Program-made: the position numbers and the translations under genes
Notes under the pieces: model-generated
What the model saw: only the letters and a program-made list of their open reading frames with translations
Database searches by the model: none
Told to the model about the DNA's origin: nothing
Part shown: positions 56,576 through 64,000 of the stretch, piece by piece
Layout of the letters: each line of letters begins with the position of its first letter
Numbering within the stretch: the stretch's first letter is position 1
NCBI GenBank assembly: GCA_965116475.1
Contig: OZ220691.1
Coordinates: 3,456,001-3,520,000, forward strand
DNA from: Gemmatimonadota bacterium
GTDB taxonomy: Bacteria > Gemmatimonadota > Gemmatimonadetes > Palauibacterales > Palauibacteraceae
DNA length: 64,000 nt
Direction: 5' to 3'

Positions 56576-57705
56576 GCGAACCGGTGGCGCGGCCGCTCCG
56601 GATCCTCCTGCTCAACTGGCAGGACCGGGAGAACCCCGAGGCCGGCGGCGCCGAGGTGCACCTCCACGAGATCTTCGGCCGGCTCGCCGCCCGCGGACAC
56701 CTGGTGCGGGCCGTCGTGAGCGGCTGGCCGGGCGCGGCCCCCTCCACGACGCTGGACGGCATCGAGTTCCATCGGGTCGGAAACCGGCACAGCTACGCAT
56801 GGCGTGCCCGGCGCGCCGCGCGGGGGCTCGTGCGGGACTTCGCCCCCGATGTCCTCGTCGAGGACATCAACAAGATCCCGCTTTATTCGCCCCGTTGGGC
56901 CGGTGCCCCCGTGGTCGCGCTGGTACCGCACCTGTTCGGGGCCACGGCCTACGCGGAAGCGTCGATCCCCATCGCGACGGCGGTGTGGGCCGCGGAACGG
57001 GCGATCCCCGGCGTCTATCGGCACTGTCCCTTCCAGGCGATCTCGGAGAGCACGGCGCTCGACCTCACGAAGCGAGGCCTGCTCGCACGGGACATCACGG
57101 TCATCCCGCCCGGCATCGATCACGACACCTATCGTCCGGATCCAGGCACAGTGCGTGCGGAGGGGCCGACGCTGCTCTACGTGGGCCGCCTCAAGCGCTA
57201 CAAGGGCCTCGATGTCCTGCTCGAGGCGATGACGCGGCTGAGCGGCCGGCTGCCGGACGCGAGGCTCGTCATCGCCGGCCGCGGCAGCGACGAGCGTCGC
57301 CTGCGAAGGCTCGTGCGGCGCGCCGGACTCTCGCACCGGGTACGCTTTCTGGGGTACATCTCCGAGGAGGAGAAGGTCGCCTGGCTGCGCCGGGCCTGGG
57401 CCGTGGTCTATCCCTCTCCGAAGGAAGGGTGGGGAATGACGAACGTGGAGGCGGCCGCGTGCGGCACGCCGGTGATCGCGAGCGATTCGCCCGGGCTGCG
57501 CGAGTCGGTGGCGGCGGGGGAATCGGGCCTGCTCGCCCCGCACGGGGACGTCGCGGCGTGGGCGGCTTCGATCCGCGAAGTTCTCGAGCAGCCGTCGGTG
57601 CGCGAACGGCTCGGGAGGGGCGGGGTCGACCACGCGGCCCGGTTCTCGTGGTCGCGTGCAGCGGATGAGACGGAAGCGCACCTTTATCAATCACTCGAAC
57701 CCTGA
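56572..57705 (+). CDS. Glycosyltransferase family 4
   Basis: LNWQD..NPEAGGAE, VGRLKRYKG, EGWGMTNVEAAACGTPVI; start CTG 56572 or GTG 56584. Confidence 0.9.
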   Translation: MSEPVARPLRILLLNWQDRENPEAGGAEVHLHEIFGRLAARGHLVRAVVSGWPGAAPSTTLDGIEFHRVGNRHSYAWRARRAARGLVRDFAPDVLVEDINKIPLYSPRWAGAPVVALVPHLFGATAYAEASIPIATAVWAAERAIPGVYRHCPFQAISESTALDLTKRGLLARDITVIPPGIDHDTYRPDPGTVRAEGPTLLYVGRLKRYKGLDVLLEAMTRLSGRLPDARLVIAGRGSDERRLRRLVRRAGLSHRVRFLGYISEEEKVAWLRRAWAVVYPSPKEGWGMTNVEAAACGTPVIASDSPGLRESVAAGESGLLAPHGDVAAWAASIREVLEQPSVRERLGRGGVDHAARFSWSRAADETEAHLYQSLEP

Positions 57706-57714
57706 TGAGGACCG

Positions 57715-58062
57715 ATGCGAACCATCGTCACCGCGCGCAACACCGATGTCTCGGACATTCGCGAGATCATCGAGACGCGCTTTGCGAACCTGACTCGTTT
57801 CGAGCCGCGCGCGTCGAAGGCCGAGATCGTATTCACGGGAGAGAAGACGCAGGTGCGCGCGGCGGCCGTGATCAGCGTCGACCGCGCCCGCCCCGTGCAC
57901 GGCGAGGCGGCGGGTCCCGATCCCCGCACGGCGCTCGACCGGCTCGCGGACAAGCTCGGAAACCAGCTCCGCCGCAACCACGACCGGTACAACGAGCACT
58001 CGGCGCCGCCGATGGATGAGCTGTTCGGGAATCCCTTCGAGGCGGGCGGAGAAGCCGGGTGA
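57715..58062 (+). CDS. hpf: Ribosome hibernation factor HPF/RaiA family (short form)
   Basis: IVTARN, ALDRLADKLGNQLRR; position before hprK. Confidence 0.75.
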   Translation: MRTIVTARNTDVSDIREIIETRFANLTRFEPRASKAEIVFTGEKTQVRAAAVISVDRARPVHGEAAGPDPRTALDRLADKLGNQLRRNHDRYNEHSAPPMDELFGNPFEAGGEAG

Positions 58063-59015
58063 CCCTCACGGTCGCGTCGCTGCTCCGACGCAAGCAGGAA
58101 GCGTTTTCGCTCACGGTCGTGGCCGGCGAGTCCGGCATCGAGCGCGAGATCGAGGTGCCGGAAGTCTCGTCGCCGGGACTCGCTCTGGCGGGCTACAGGG
58201 AACGCTTCGTCTCCCAGCGGGTGCTCATCTTCGGCGAAACGGAGATCGCCTATCTCGATAGCCTCCGCGGTTCGGAACGCGCCGCCGCTCTCAAGTTCGT
58301 GTTCGAGTCCGGCGTTCCCTGCGCGATCGTCACCAAGAACCAGGCGCCGCCGAAGGAACTGATCTCCGCGGCGGAGGCGGCCGGCGTGGCCGTGCTGGAA
58401 ACGCCCCTGAAGACGGGCGATTTCTACCGGAGGCTGCAGCCCTATCTCGAGGAAGAGTTCGCGCCCCGAACCTCTCTTCACGGGTCGCTCGCGGATGTGT
58501 ACGGGATCGGCCTCCTCTTCATCGGGCCCTCCGGCATCGGCAAGAGCGAGTGCGTGCTCGACCTCGTGGAGCGGGGCCACCGCCTCGTCGCCGACGATCT
58601 CATTCTCGTGCACCGCCGCCAGAGCGACATCCTCCTCGGGCGCGCGCACGAACACCAGCGCCATCACATGGAGATCCGGGGCGTGGGCATCATCGATGTG
58701 CGCGCCATGTTCGGGATCCGGGCCGTGCGCCAGCAGAAGCGGATCGAGGTCGTCGTCGAACTCGAGGTCTGGGGAGAGCGCGATGACTACGATCGAACGG
58801 GCCTGGAGGCGGAGGAGTGCGAGATCCTGGGCGTAAAGCTGCCGAAGGTCCGCATCCCCCTGAACCCGGGCAAGAACATCACCGTCATCGCCGAAGTCGT
58901 GGCGATGAACCATCTCCTGCGCTATTCCGGGGAAGACCCGGCGGCGGCGTTCGAGCGCGACCTCATCGAGCGCATGCGGCCGGTGCGCGACTACCTCGAG
59001 TCCGATGACGAATAG
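58059..59015 (+). CDS. hprK: HPr kinase/phosphorylase
   Basis: PGLALAG, GPSGIGKSE, GHRLVADD, MEIRGVGII, YDRTG. Confidence 0.96.
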   Translation: MTLTVASLLRRKQEAFSLTVVAGESGIEREIEVPEVSSPGLALAGYRERFVSQRVLIFGETEIAYLDSLRGSERAAALKFVFESGVPCAIVTKNQAPPKELISAAEAAGVAVLETPLKTGDFYRRLQPYLEEEFAPRTSLHGSLADVYGIGLLFIGPSGIGKSECVLDLVERGHRLVADDLILVHRRQSDILLGRAHEHQRHHMEIRGVGIIDVRAMFGIRAVRQQKRIEVVVELEVWGERDDYDRTGLEAEECEILGVKLPKVRIPLNPGKNITVIAEVVAMNHLLRYSGEDPAAAFERDLIERMRPVRDYLESDDE

Positions 59016-59406
59016 CCGGGTCCGCGGCGTCGTCGTGGCGCATTCGGAACTCGCGCATGCCCTCGTGTCCGCCGTCGAGGCCATCAGCGGCGTCGGCGGC
59101 GCGCTGCATGCCGTGAGCAACGATGGTCTGGGACCCGACGAACTGGTCGAGATCATCGGAGAGGCGGCGGGCGGTGCGGAGGCGATCCTCTTCGTGGACC
59201 TTGCGGGCGGCAGTTGCAGCCTGGCCAGCCTTCGGCACGTGCGGGAGAGCGGCGGCGGCGCGTGGATCACGGGCGTCAACCTTCCGATGCTGCTCGACTT
59301 CGTCTTTCACCGCGAGATGCCGCTCGAAGCGCTCGTCCCGCGCCTTCTCCGGAAGGGACGGGCCGGACAGCGTGCGCACCCGCCTCCGTCGGCCGGGACC
59401 GACTGA
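59005..59406 (+). CDS. PTS mannose-family EIIA
   Basis: VVVAHSELA, VDLAGGS, TGVNLPML. Confidence 0.88.
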   Translation: MTNSRVRGVVVAHSELAHALVSAVEAISGVGGALHAVSNDGLGPDELVEIIGEAAGGAEAILFVDLAGGSCSLASLRHVRESGGGAWITGVNLPMLLDFVFHREMPLEALVPRLLRKGRAGQRAHPPPSAGTD

Positions 59407-59415
59407 GCGGGACGC

Positions 59416-59895
59416 ATGCCGCTCGAACTCCTGCGGATCGATGAGCGTCTGATCCACGGACAGGTGCTCGTGGGTTGGGGGCGGCCCCTGGACCTCGATT
59501 TCTACGTCATCGTCGACGATCTGCTCGCCTCCAGCGAATGGGAGCAGGAACTCTGGGCCAGCGCGCTCGCCGACGAGGAGCGGGCCGAGTTCCTCGGGGT
59601 GGACGAGGCGGCACGGCGCTTCGGGGAGCTGAGCGCCCGGGTGGAACGCGGCGCGCTCCTGACGCGGGATACGGCGACGATGCGGGCGCTGGCGGAGCGG
59701 GGATGTCTCGACGGGCGGGCGGTGAACGTGGGCGGCGTGTACGCCGCGGGAGGGCGGCAGAAGATCCTCGACTACGTGCATCTCTCCCCGGCGGAGGTCG
59801 AGGATCTGCGGGTGATCGGTGAGCACGCTCCCGTGAGCGCCCGGAACCTCCCCACCGCACCCGAGGTCCGTCTCGACGCCCGGAAGCTTCGATGA
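59416..59895 (+). CDS. PTS mannose-family EIIB
   Basis: RIDERLIHGQV, VNVGG. Confidence 0.92.
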   Translation: MPLELLRIDERLIHGQVLVGWGRPLDLDFYVIVDDLLASSEWEQELWASALADEERAEFLGVDEAARRFGELSARVERGALLTRDTATMRALAERGCLDGRAVNVGGVYAAGGRQKILDYVHLSPAEVEDLRVIGEHAPVSARNLPTAPEVRLDARKLR

Positions 59896-60590
59896 CCGGG
59901 GTGGAGCTTGCGGCGGGCGACTGGGCATTGGCCTGCCTGCTCGCCGCGGTCATCGGTCTCGACGAGGTGTCCTGGCCGCAGGCCATGTGGTCGCGGCCCA
60001 TCGTGGCCGGCACGCTGGGAGGGGTGCTTTTCGGGGCGCCCGCCGCGGGGTGCGTGGTCGGCGCCTGGCTGCAACTCGTCCTGTCGCGGCATCCCCCCTT
60101 CGGCGGTGCGCGGCATCCGGAGACCGGGCCGGCTTCGTTTACGGCGGGAGCGGCGTACGCGATCGGCGGCGGCGGCGCCCCGGCCGGCATCGTCGCCGCG
60201 GTGGCGGTCGGCTGGGCGGTCGGCTGGACGGGCGCGTACTCCGTGACGCTCCTCCGGCGCGTGACGCCGCGGCTCGTCTCGCGGCCGGACGGGTTTTCCG
60301 GAGGAGCTGCCGCCCTCGCGCGACGGCACAGGCTGGCGATGGCGCTGGACGGGCTGCGCGCCGGATTGCTCGTCGCCACGCTGCTCGTGCCGTCCGCGCT
60401 GTTCGTGCGCCTGCTGTCGGCGCAGCCACCCGGCGCGCCGGGCGCCGCCTGGTGGTTCGCCCTCGCCGGACTCGGGCTTGCCGGGGCCGCGGGCGTCGCG
60501 GCTCGCGGGCTCGGCGCGCGGGCCCGCCACTGGCCCGCACTGGCCGCCGGATGTGTCCTGGGAACGCTGCTTGCCCGGGTGTTCTCATGA
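59892..60590 (+). CDS. PTS mannose-family EIIC (divergent)
   Basis: LD...QAMWSRPIVAGTLGG, GAWLQL...PFGG; hydrophobic; position in operon. Confidence 0.8.
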   Translation: MTGVELAAGDWALACLLAAVIGLDEVSWPQAMWSRPIVAGTLGGVLFGAPAAGCVVGAWLQLVLSRHPPFGGARHPETGPASFTAGAAYAIGGGGAPAGIVAAVAVGWAVGWTGAYSVTLLRRVTPRLVSRPDGFSGGAAALARRHRLAMALDGLRAGLLVATLLVPSALFVRLLSAQPPGAPGAAWWFALAGLGLAGAAGVAARGLGARARHWPALAAGCVLGTLLARVFS

Positions 60591-61315
60591 GGCCGCGCCG
60601 GAGGGACTTCGCCCGCGCCGTCCTGCGCAGTTTCTCCATCCAGGGCTCATGGAACGACCGTACGATGACGGGGCCCGGCCTGGCGCATGCGCTCGCGCCG
60701 CTGCTGGCGCGCATCCACGCGGACGATCGCACCGCGTTCCGGGAGGCCGTGCAGCGCCATTCGCGCGCCTTCAACGCGCATCCGTACCTGGCCCCCGTCG
60801 CGATCGGGGCCCTTGCGCGTCTCGAGTCGGATGGCGCCGACCCCGACACCCTGTCGCGCTTCCGGTCCGCCCTCCGCGCGCCGCTCGGGGCCCTCGGCGA
60901 CGGCGTCGCGTGGGCCGGGTGGCGGCCCTTCTGCACGTCCGCCGCCGCCATCGCGTTCGTGCTGGGACTCGACGCCCTGTTCGCCGCCGGCGCGTTCCTC
61001 GTCGTGTACAATGCCGGCCACCTCGGCCTCCGCATCTGGGGGCTGCGCTGCGGCTGGCGAGCGGGCCGGTCCGTCGCATCGGCGTTGAAGCGCGCGCCGC
61101 TGCGCCGGCTGGAGAGGGCGCTCGTGCTCGCAAACCAGGTGCTCATCGGGGCCCTCGCCGCGCTGCTCATCGGCCAGCTTCCGGGAACCGGCCCCATCCC
61201 CTGGCGGGACGGCGGTGCAGTCATCGTGGCGTTGATGGGTTATCTTGTTCCGCGACACATCTCGGCGGTCGCCATGGCGAGCCTCCTTGCCGCGTGCGCG
61301 GCGTGGCTCCTGTGA
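60587..61315 (+). CDS. PTS mannose-family EIID
   Basis: IQGSWNDRTM, FNAHPY, PLGALGD..AW. Confidence 0.85.
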   Translation: MRPRRRDFARAVLRSFSIQGSWNDRTMTGPGLAHALAPLLARIHADDRTAFREAVQRHSRAFNAHPYLAPVAIGALARLESDGADPDTLSRFRSALRAPLGALGDGVAWAGWRPFCTSAAAIAFVLGLDALFAAGAFLVVYNAGHLGLRIWGLRCGWRAGRSVASALKRAPLRRLERALVLANQVLIGALAALLIGQLPGTGPIPWRDGGAVIVALMGYLVPRHISAVAMASLLAACAAWLL

Positions 61316-61394
61316 GCGTCCCGGCAGGCGGTGCAGCCTGCCGCGACGCACGGCCCGACGCCGATCGTTCGCTCGACCGGAGCGGAGAGTTTCC

Positions 61395-61703
61395 GTGACC
61401 ACGCGACACGAAGCAGCGGTACGTATACGGAACCGGCTGGGGCTGCACGCCCGCCCGGCCGCGGAGTTCGTTAAGCTGGCGAGCCGCTTCCGGGCCGAGG
61501 TGTGGGTCGAGAAGGATGAACTGGAAGTGAACGGGAAGAGCATCATGGGCGTGATGATGCTCGCGGCCGAGGCCGGCGCTGCCATCCGTATCCGGGCCGC
61601 GGGGTCCGACGCGGAGAACGCCGTCGATTCGCTCACCGAACTCGTTCTGTCCGGGTTCAGCGAGGGACTCGCTCCGGACGTGGACACGGACGGGCCGGCG
61701 TGA
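61395..61703 (+). CDS. ptsH: Phosphocarrier HPr
   Basis: GLHARPA (His15), NGKSIMGVM (Ser46). Confidence 0.95.
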   Translation: MTTRHEAAVRIRNRLGLHARPAAEFVKLASRFRAEVWVEKDELEVNGKSIMGVMMLAAEAGAAIRIRAAGSDAENAVDSLTELVLSGFSEGLAPDVDTDGPA

Positions 61704-63448
61704 GCGAAGTCATTCACGGAATCGGGGCCGCGCCCGGACGTGCGCTCGGGGTGGTTCGGCGACTCGAGCGTCACGAGTGGCGGCCGGAGCACCGGACGAT
61801 CGCGCCCGACGCCGTCGAGCGTGAGGTGGCGCGTTTCGAGGAGGCGCTGGCCTGGGCCGCGGACCGTGTCCGGGACACGCGCGAACAGGCCGCGCGCTCG
61901 CTGGGCGAAGTGGAAGCGAACATCTTCGACCCGCAGATTCTGATCCTCTCGGACCCCGACCTCGTCGCGGGCACCATCCGCTATGTCCGGGAGAACTTCC
62001 TCTCGGCGGAGCGCGCCTTCGACTGGCGCCTGACCGAACTTCGGACGGCGATCATCGATGCGGGGCACTTCATGGTCGTCGACCGGCTGGCCGACCTGCG
62101 GGACATTCGGTCTCGCGTCCTCGCGCGGCTCACCGGCCACGACGAGGATCCGCTCGCACTTCCCGGGGAGCCCGGGCTCATCGCCGTTGACGACCTCACG
62201 CCCAGCTTCGCGGTGGGCCTCGACCCGGCACTCGTTCGCGGGGTGGCGAGCGGATCGGGGTCGCGAACCTCGCACAGCACCCTGGTCGCCCGCTCGCTGG
62301 GCATTCCGGCGGTCGTCGGACTCGGCGCCGACCTCGCGAAGATCGAAGATGGAACCACCGTCCTCCTCGACGGAGGCAACGGTCGGGTCCTCATCGAGCC
62401 CACGGACGCGGAGAAGGCGGCGCATGTGCGGATGGTCCGCCGCCTTGCCGGGCGTCCCGCCGCCGACCTCACGCGGGAACCCGCGCCTCTGCTGACGGCG
62501 GACGGGGTGCGCGTGCATCTCCGGGCGAACATCGATCAGCCGCACGATGTGCCGGCGGCCCGGCGTGTGGGCGCCGAGGGGGTGGGGCTCTTCCGGTCCG
62601 AGTTCCTGGTCATCGGGCGGCGGGTGATTCCGAGCGAGGAGGAGCAGTACGAAGCCTACCGCGAGGTCGTGGACGGGTTCCCGAACCACCCCGTGACGCT
62701 CCGGACGTTCGATATCGGCGGCGACAAGTTCCCGCTCTTCCTCGACCTTCCTCCGGAGGAAAACCCCTATCTGGGCTGGCGCGCCATCCGCGTCTGCCTG
62801 GACCGGCCGCAACTCTTCCGCAACCAGTTGCGCGCCGCGATCCGGGCCGGGGGGCCGTCAGCCCGCATGCGGATCCTCGTCCCCTTCGTCATCTGCGAGA
62901 CCGAGATCCTGCGCACGAAGGACATTGTGGCGGAAGTCGGCCGCGAACTGGGTCAGACGGAACCCGTTTCCTTCGGCGTGATGGTGGAGACGCCCGCGCT
63001 TGCCGACACGCTCGATCTCGTGGGGCGGCACCTGGATTTCATCAGTCTCGGCACGAACGACCTGACGCAGTATTCCCTGGCCGTGGACCGCGGCAACGCC
63101 CGGCTCCAGCATCTCTCGAACCCCATGCATCCCGCGCTCCTCCGCAGCTATGAGCGGATTGTCAACACGGCCACCGCCCTCGACCTCGACATCGGCGTTT
63201 GCGGAGACCTTGCCGCGGAGCCGGTAGGGCTCGCCCTCCTGCTCGCCCTCGGCTATCGGGACTTCAGTCTCGCGCCTGCGTCGATTCCCGAAGTGAGGGA
63301 ACTCGTCGGACTTCTTTCGGTGGCGGAGCTGTCGGAACTCTGGAACCGCGTCGGTCGCGATGGCTCCCCTTCCGGGATGCCCGGCGAAGTCCTCGCGCGG
63401 CTGGAGGACGCGATTCCGGTCGAACCGTCGCCGCTGTACGTCTCCTGA
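61700..63448 (+). CDS. ptsI: PTS enzyme I
   Basis: [52 protein letters not shown]. Confidence 0.95.
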   Translation: MSEVIHGIGAAPGRALGVVRRLERHEWRPEHRTIAPDAVEREVARFEEALAWAADRVRDTREQAARSLGEVEANIFDPQILILSDPDLVAGTIRYVRENFLSAERAFDWRLTELRTAIIDAGHFMVVDRLADLRDIRSRVLARLTGHDEDPLALPGEPGLIAVDDLTPSFAVGLDPALVRGVASGSGSRTSHSTLVARSLGIPAVVGLGADLAKIEDGTTVLLDGGNGRVLIEPTDAEKAAHVRMVRRLAGRPAADLTREPAPLLTADGVRVHLRANIDQPHDVPAARRVGAEGVGLFRSEFLVIGRRVIPSEEEQYEAYREVVDGFPNHPVTLRTFDIGGDKFPLFLDLPPEENPYLGWRAIRVCLDRPQLFRNQLRAAIRAGGPSARMRILVPFVICETEILRTKDIVAEVGRELGQTEPVSFGVMVETPALADTLDLVGRHLDFISLGTNDLTQYSLAVDRGNARLQHLSNPMHPALLRSYERIVNTATALDLDIGVCGDLAAEPVGLALLLALGYRDFSLAPASIPEVRELVGLLSVAELSELWNRVGRDGSPSGMPGEVLARLEDAIPVEPSPLYVS

Positions 63449-63554
63449 ACCCGCGGCGGCGACGTTGCCTCCGCCCGGTCAGGCGGCCACTATCCTGACC
63501 GCTACGCCTCCTGCGGTGCTCCGCCGCGAACCTCGAAGTGGGAGAATCAGCCTC

Positions 63555-64000
63555 GTGAAGGGGATACAACCGTTTTCCTCCGAATCCGTGACCGAGGGAC
63601 ACCCCGACAAGGTCGCGGACCAGATATCGGACGCGGTCCTCGACTGCATCCTCGCGAAGGACGACCGGGGCCGCGTCGCGTGCGAGACGCTCGTGACGAC
63701 CGGCCTCGTTCTTGTGACCGGCGAGATCACCACGGCCGCCGGGATCGACATCGCCGCCATCGCCCGGGAAGTGCTGCGCGACATCGGCTACACGCGCGCG
63801 GAGCACGGAATCCGGTGGGACACGTGCAGCGTGCTCACCGCGATCGACGAGCAGTCGGCGAACATCGCCCAGGGCGTGGATGTCGGCGGCGCCGGAGATC
63901 AGGGGATGATGTTCGGATACGCGACCGATGAGACGCCGGAGTTGATGCCCCTTCCCATCATGCTGGCGCACGCGCTGTCGAAGCGCCTGGCCGACGTGCG
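63555..64000 (+). CDS. metK: S-adenosylmethionine synthetase (partial, runs off window)
   Basis: GTG start then [47 protein letters not shown]. Confidence 0.96.
   Translation, partial: MKGIQPFSSESVTEGHPDKVADQISDAVLDCILAKDDRGRVACETLVTTGLVLVTGEITTAAGIDIAAIAREVLRDIGYTRAEHGIRWDTCSVLTAIDEQSANIAQGVDVGGAGDQGMMFGYATDETPELMPLPIMLAHALSKRLADV

Noticed and set aside
1..64000. Selenoprotein (UGA read-through), tRNA, prophage, integrase, transposase or defence genes
   Set aside because: Recognised genes appear full length at their stops, redox Cys motifs use Cys codons, and no such features were recognised by eye

Overview
A gene-dense, very GC-rich (about 70% by eye) core-chromosome segment of a bacterium. 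Gene content and order suggest Gemmatimonadota; this is inferred, not verified. It runs from the 3' end of hisS to the 5' end of metK. In order it holds: guaA and a Nif3-like gene; a minus-strand OPT transporter-lipoprotein-mlaE-mlaF-mlaD operon; clpB; mce with a TIGR04283-like glycosyltransferase; trxA and rsmI; an uncharacterised envelope cluster (DUF4175-like, TPR, secreted GATase-like, TonB-like); valS, a Big_5 lipoprotein, selA, purN and purH; msrP and a caa3-type oxidase operon; DUF4159, an orphan E1-alpha, rnz, an aroA-cmk fusion, rpsA and an LpoA-like lipoprotein; an acyl-CoA carboxylase with a split methylmalonyl-CoA mutase; argS, pfkB, purM, the rib operon, nusB and a GT4; hpf, hprK, a mannose-family PTS, ptsH, ptsI and metK. 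I found no tRNA, rRNA, CRISPR array, prophage or intact mobile element. The best leads are: (1) dense D-(S/T)-(A/V/L/I/T) motifs concentrated in exported proteins, suggesting a Bacteroidota-like general O-glycosylation system; (2) a sigma-54 promoter with four helically phased palindromes upstream of clpB; (3) an envelope operon ending in a TonB/TolA-type anchored protein with a non-TonB C-terminus; (4) structured intergenic elements, including the rpsA leader and hairpins whose loops carry -35 boxes; (5) pervasive NTGA translational coupling, including likely CTG starts. All calls rest on motif recognition by eye, with no database searches.
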